64,000 nt of DNA. Source: Azolla caroliniana. Lineage: Eukaryota > Plantae > Polypodiophyta. The DNA is taken from positions 15,872,001 to 15,936,000 of the forward strand of contig JBHGNT010000005.1 in NCBI GenBank assembly GCA_043228905.1, read 5' to 3'. Position 1 is the first letter of the stretch, and each line of letters opens with the position of its first letter. The notes below the pieces were generated by a model that did not search any database, was not told the DNA's origin, and worked only from the letters and a program-made list of their open reading frames with translations. The position numbers and the translations under genes were made by a program. Shown here in pieces: positions 62,301 to 64,000 of this stretch.

Positions 62301-64000
62301 GAACCAGCCGGTTACGGTGAGGATACCGAACCGGCAGAAGAAGAAGTAGAGGAAGCTGAGACCGGAACCGGTCAAGACCCCGAATCGGATTCGGATGAAG
62401 AGCAAATGGAGGAACCGATTACCGAAGCCCGAAGACGTAGATATCCTCTCAGAGAGAGAAGGGCGCCCCGGAGATTTCCGGATGCAGAGCATGTCCTGCT
62501 AACCGATGAGGGGGAGCCGGAAAGCTTCAAAGAAGCGAAGGTTGACACCCACAGCCGAAAATGGTCAAGTGCCATGCAGGATGAGATGGATTCCCTGCAT
62601 GAGAACCATACGTACGAATTGGTGGAGCTGCCGAAAGGAAAGCGGGCACTCCGAAACAAGTGGGTATTCAAGTTGAAACCGGGAGATGCCGGCAACCCCC
62701 CGAGATACAAAGCCAGGATCGTGGTGAAGGGGTTCCAGCAGAAGAAGGGCGTGGACTTTGACGAAATATTCGGCCCGGTAGTAAAGATGACCTCCATCCG
62801 GACGGTGCTGAGTATAGCAGCAAGCATGGATCTCGAGGTAGAGCAGCTGGACGTGAAGACGACATTCCTTCACGGCGACCTCGAAGAGGAGATCTACATG
62901 CAGCAACTGGAAGGATTTGTGGAGAAAGGGAAGGAGCACCTGGTATGCCGGTTGAAGAAGAGCCTATACGGACTGAAGCAGGCTCCCCGGCAATGGTATC
63001 GGAAGTTCGACTCCTTCATGACCGATCAAGGGTACCACAAGACGCAGGCCGATCACTGCGTGTTTGTGAAGAAGTTCGAAGGAGGGGACTTCCTGATACT
63101 CCTCCTGTACGTGGATGACATGTTGATCGTCGGACGAGACCAAGGAAAAATACGGATGCTGAAGAAGGCTCTCAACCGGACCTTCTCAATGAAGGACTTG
63201 GGTCCGGCAAGACAGATGTTGGGGATGCACATCATTCGGGACCGGTCAGTGAAGCAACTATGGCTGTCACAGGAGAAGTATGTGACAAAGGTGCTTCACC
63301 GGTTCAACATGTCAGATGCAAAACTGGTCGGATCGACACTTCCGGCAAACTGCAAGTTGTCCGGCAAGCAAAGCCCGAAGACAAAAGGAGAGAAGGCAGA
63401 TATGATGAAGATTCCATATGCCTCTGCCGTCGGGAGCTTGATGTACGCAATGGTTTGTACCCGACCGGACATTGGATACGCAGTCAGAGTGGTGAGCCGG
63501 TTCATGAGTAATCCCGGCAAGGAGCATTGGAACGCGGTCAAGTGGATACTCCGGTATTTGAAGGGCACTTCAAATATGTGTCTCCGATTCGGCACCGGAA
63601 AACCTCAACTGGACGGTTTCACCGATTCGGACATGTCGGCTGATGTGGATACCAGCCGGTCTACATCCGGGTATGTGATGACATATGCAGGGGGAGCTGT
63701 CTCGTGGCAGTCGAGGCTGCAGAAGACGGTTGCATTGTCAACCATAGAGGCGGAGTACATGGCGGCTGTGGAAGCCGGCAAGGAAATATTATGGATGAAG
63801 GACTTCATGGGGGAGCTCGGTATCCGGCAAGAGGAATACCGACTCTACTGCGACAGTGAAAGTGCCATCCACCTTACTAAGAATGCGGCCTACCATTCCC
63901 GGACAAAGCATATCCAGCGGAGGTATCACTGGATCCGGGAAAGGGTAGATGACCAGGAGTTCACATTGGCGAAGATCCACACGGCCGAGAACGGGTCAGA
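59352..64000 (+). mobile_element. Ty1/copia element C (close relative of B); 5' LTR 59352-59993, PBS 59996-60007; runs off the window
   Basis: TG...CA LTR and TGGTATCAGAGC PBS. The internal region is collinear with B. It is inserted in the RT of element Y; expected TSD CATTA. Confidence 0.95.
60024..64000 (+). CDS. Copia Gag-Pol polyprotein, apparently uninterrupted (at least 1325 codons, 3' end off-window)
   Basis: ATG at 60024 (MDESFGGMFKLTGSNYSVW). The same frame ends ...FTLAKIHTAENGS at the window edge, and the ORF track lists no terminated ORF in this frame. Motifs CFYCGKPGHFQKNC, VVDSGAS, HTD/RADNGGEY/NGLAER, YVDD and FTDSD/EAEY are present. Confidence 0.85.
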   Translation, partial: MDESFGGMFKLTGSNYSVWKSKMRDMVVVKDLWLPVQFGDKRPDKIDAAIWEVMHMKTTAYIRCFIDMSLYNNFNEESKAHELWEKIGTMFQNKNAVNQASVFWKLVRLRYQDGSSMAEHMNAFQGLIHQATSLEVPLADEVLALLLLGSLPDSWETLVVTLGNAGPEGKRLSLARVKSSLLDEEARRKDKDTSSDSKALLTESERGRHRNRSPQNWEKSGTRSKSRGRPTCFYCGKPGHFQKNCRHFRKDKETDGTDSKQTPNRNGTDRNGKDRRGPDRKGTTAIAASEEELMLITEESEINHAGDEMTWVVDSGASFHLTPDQKCFSSYSTGDHGCVRMGNEGTCRIVGIGDVWLTTPTGCKLLLKDVRHVPEVLLNLISAGRLDDEGYTGSIRNGVMKFSKGSLIVARARKVNTLYLMNTRLCPEEVNVASDTAGELWHKRLCHMSEKGMKRLADDNLIPVKNVHLEKCTDCLAGKQNRTSFRPRPPMRRNAPLELVHTDVCQVDTKSHAGAQYFVTFIDDHSRKLWATPLKTKDQVLSVFKELHARVERETGQKLKAVRADNGGEYRGQFEEYCRSKGIRLEFTVPKTPELNGLAERMNRTIMETVRSMLAHAKLPKKFWAEALSTTTYVINRSPSVPLDGDTPQRVWTGKEVSYRHLRVFGCLAYVHVAKDRRGKLDPKTRPCIFLGYGDDEFGYQVWDPVDKKVFRSRDIIFMEDKMLADWESEKKIMNSESTGKDRLYNEQTQPARDRLALEEPAGYGEDTEPAEEEVEEAETGTGQDPESDSDEEQMEEPITEARRRRYPLRERRAPRRFPDAEHVLLTDEGEPESFKEAKVDTHSRKWSSAMQDEMDSLHENHTYELVELPKGKRALRNKWVFKLKPGDAGNPPRYKARIVVKGFQQKKGVDFDEIFGPVVKMTSIRTVLSIAASMDLEVEQLDVKTTFLHGDLEEEIYMQQLEGFVEKGKEHLVCRLKKSLYGLKQAPRQWYRKFDSFMTDQGYHKTQADHCVFVKKFEGGDFLILLLYVDDMLIVGRDQGKIRMLKKALNRTFSMKDLGPARQMLGMHIIRDRSVKQLWLSQEKYVTKVLHRFNMSDAKLVGSTLPANCKLSGKQSPKTKGEKADMMKIPYASAVGSLMYAMVCTRPDIGYAVRVVSRFMSNPGKEHWNAVKWILRYLKGTSNMCLRFGTGKPQLDGFTDSDMSADVDTSRSTSGYVMTYAGGAVSWQSRLQKTVALSTIEAEYMAAVEAGKEILWMKDFMGELGIRQEEYRLYCDSESAIHLTKNAAYHSRTKHIQRRYHWIRERVDDQEFTLAKIHTAENGS

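Overview
Eukaryotic, TE-dense land-plant genomic DNA; a fern or other non-seed plant is my inference from the TE types and intron sizes. There is one clear host gene: a 10-exon cation diffusion facilitator of the MTP5/MTPc2 type (20757-35768, +, 555 aa), with an unusual His/Glu/Gln-rich N-terminus and an 11-kb TE-filled intron. The rest is mostly nested retrotransposons, several with boundaries resolved by LTRs and target-site duplications (TSDs). Left arm: a copia nest (Z contains A contains B), with element B carrying a full-length antisense germin-like protein gene that has one nonsense codon at a conserved Cys. Then come a hAT MITE and a decayed MULE/SWIM transposase. Right arm: a decayed L1-like LINE split by a gag-less chromovirus. 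That chromovirus has a Tf1-type self-priming signature, and its 3' LTR (CT)n tract holds a young RTE-X-like LINE. A decayed gypsy and a copia fragment follow, then an apparently intact copia (C) running off the window. Coordinates were read by eye and no database searches were run.
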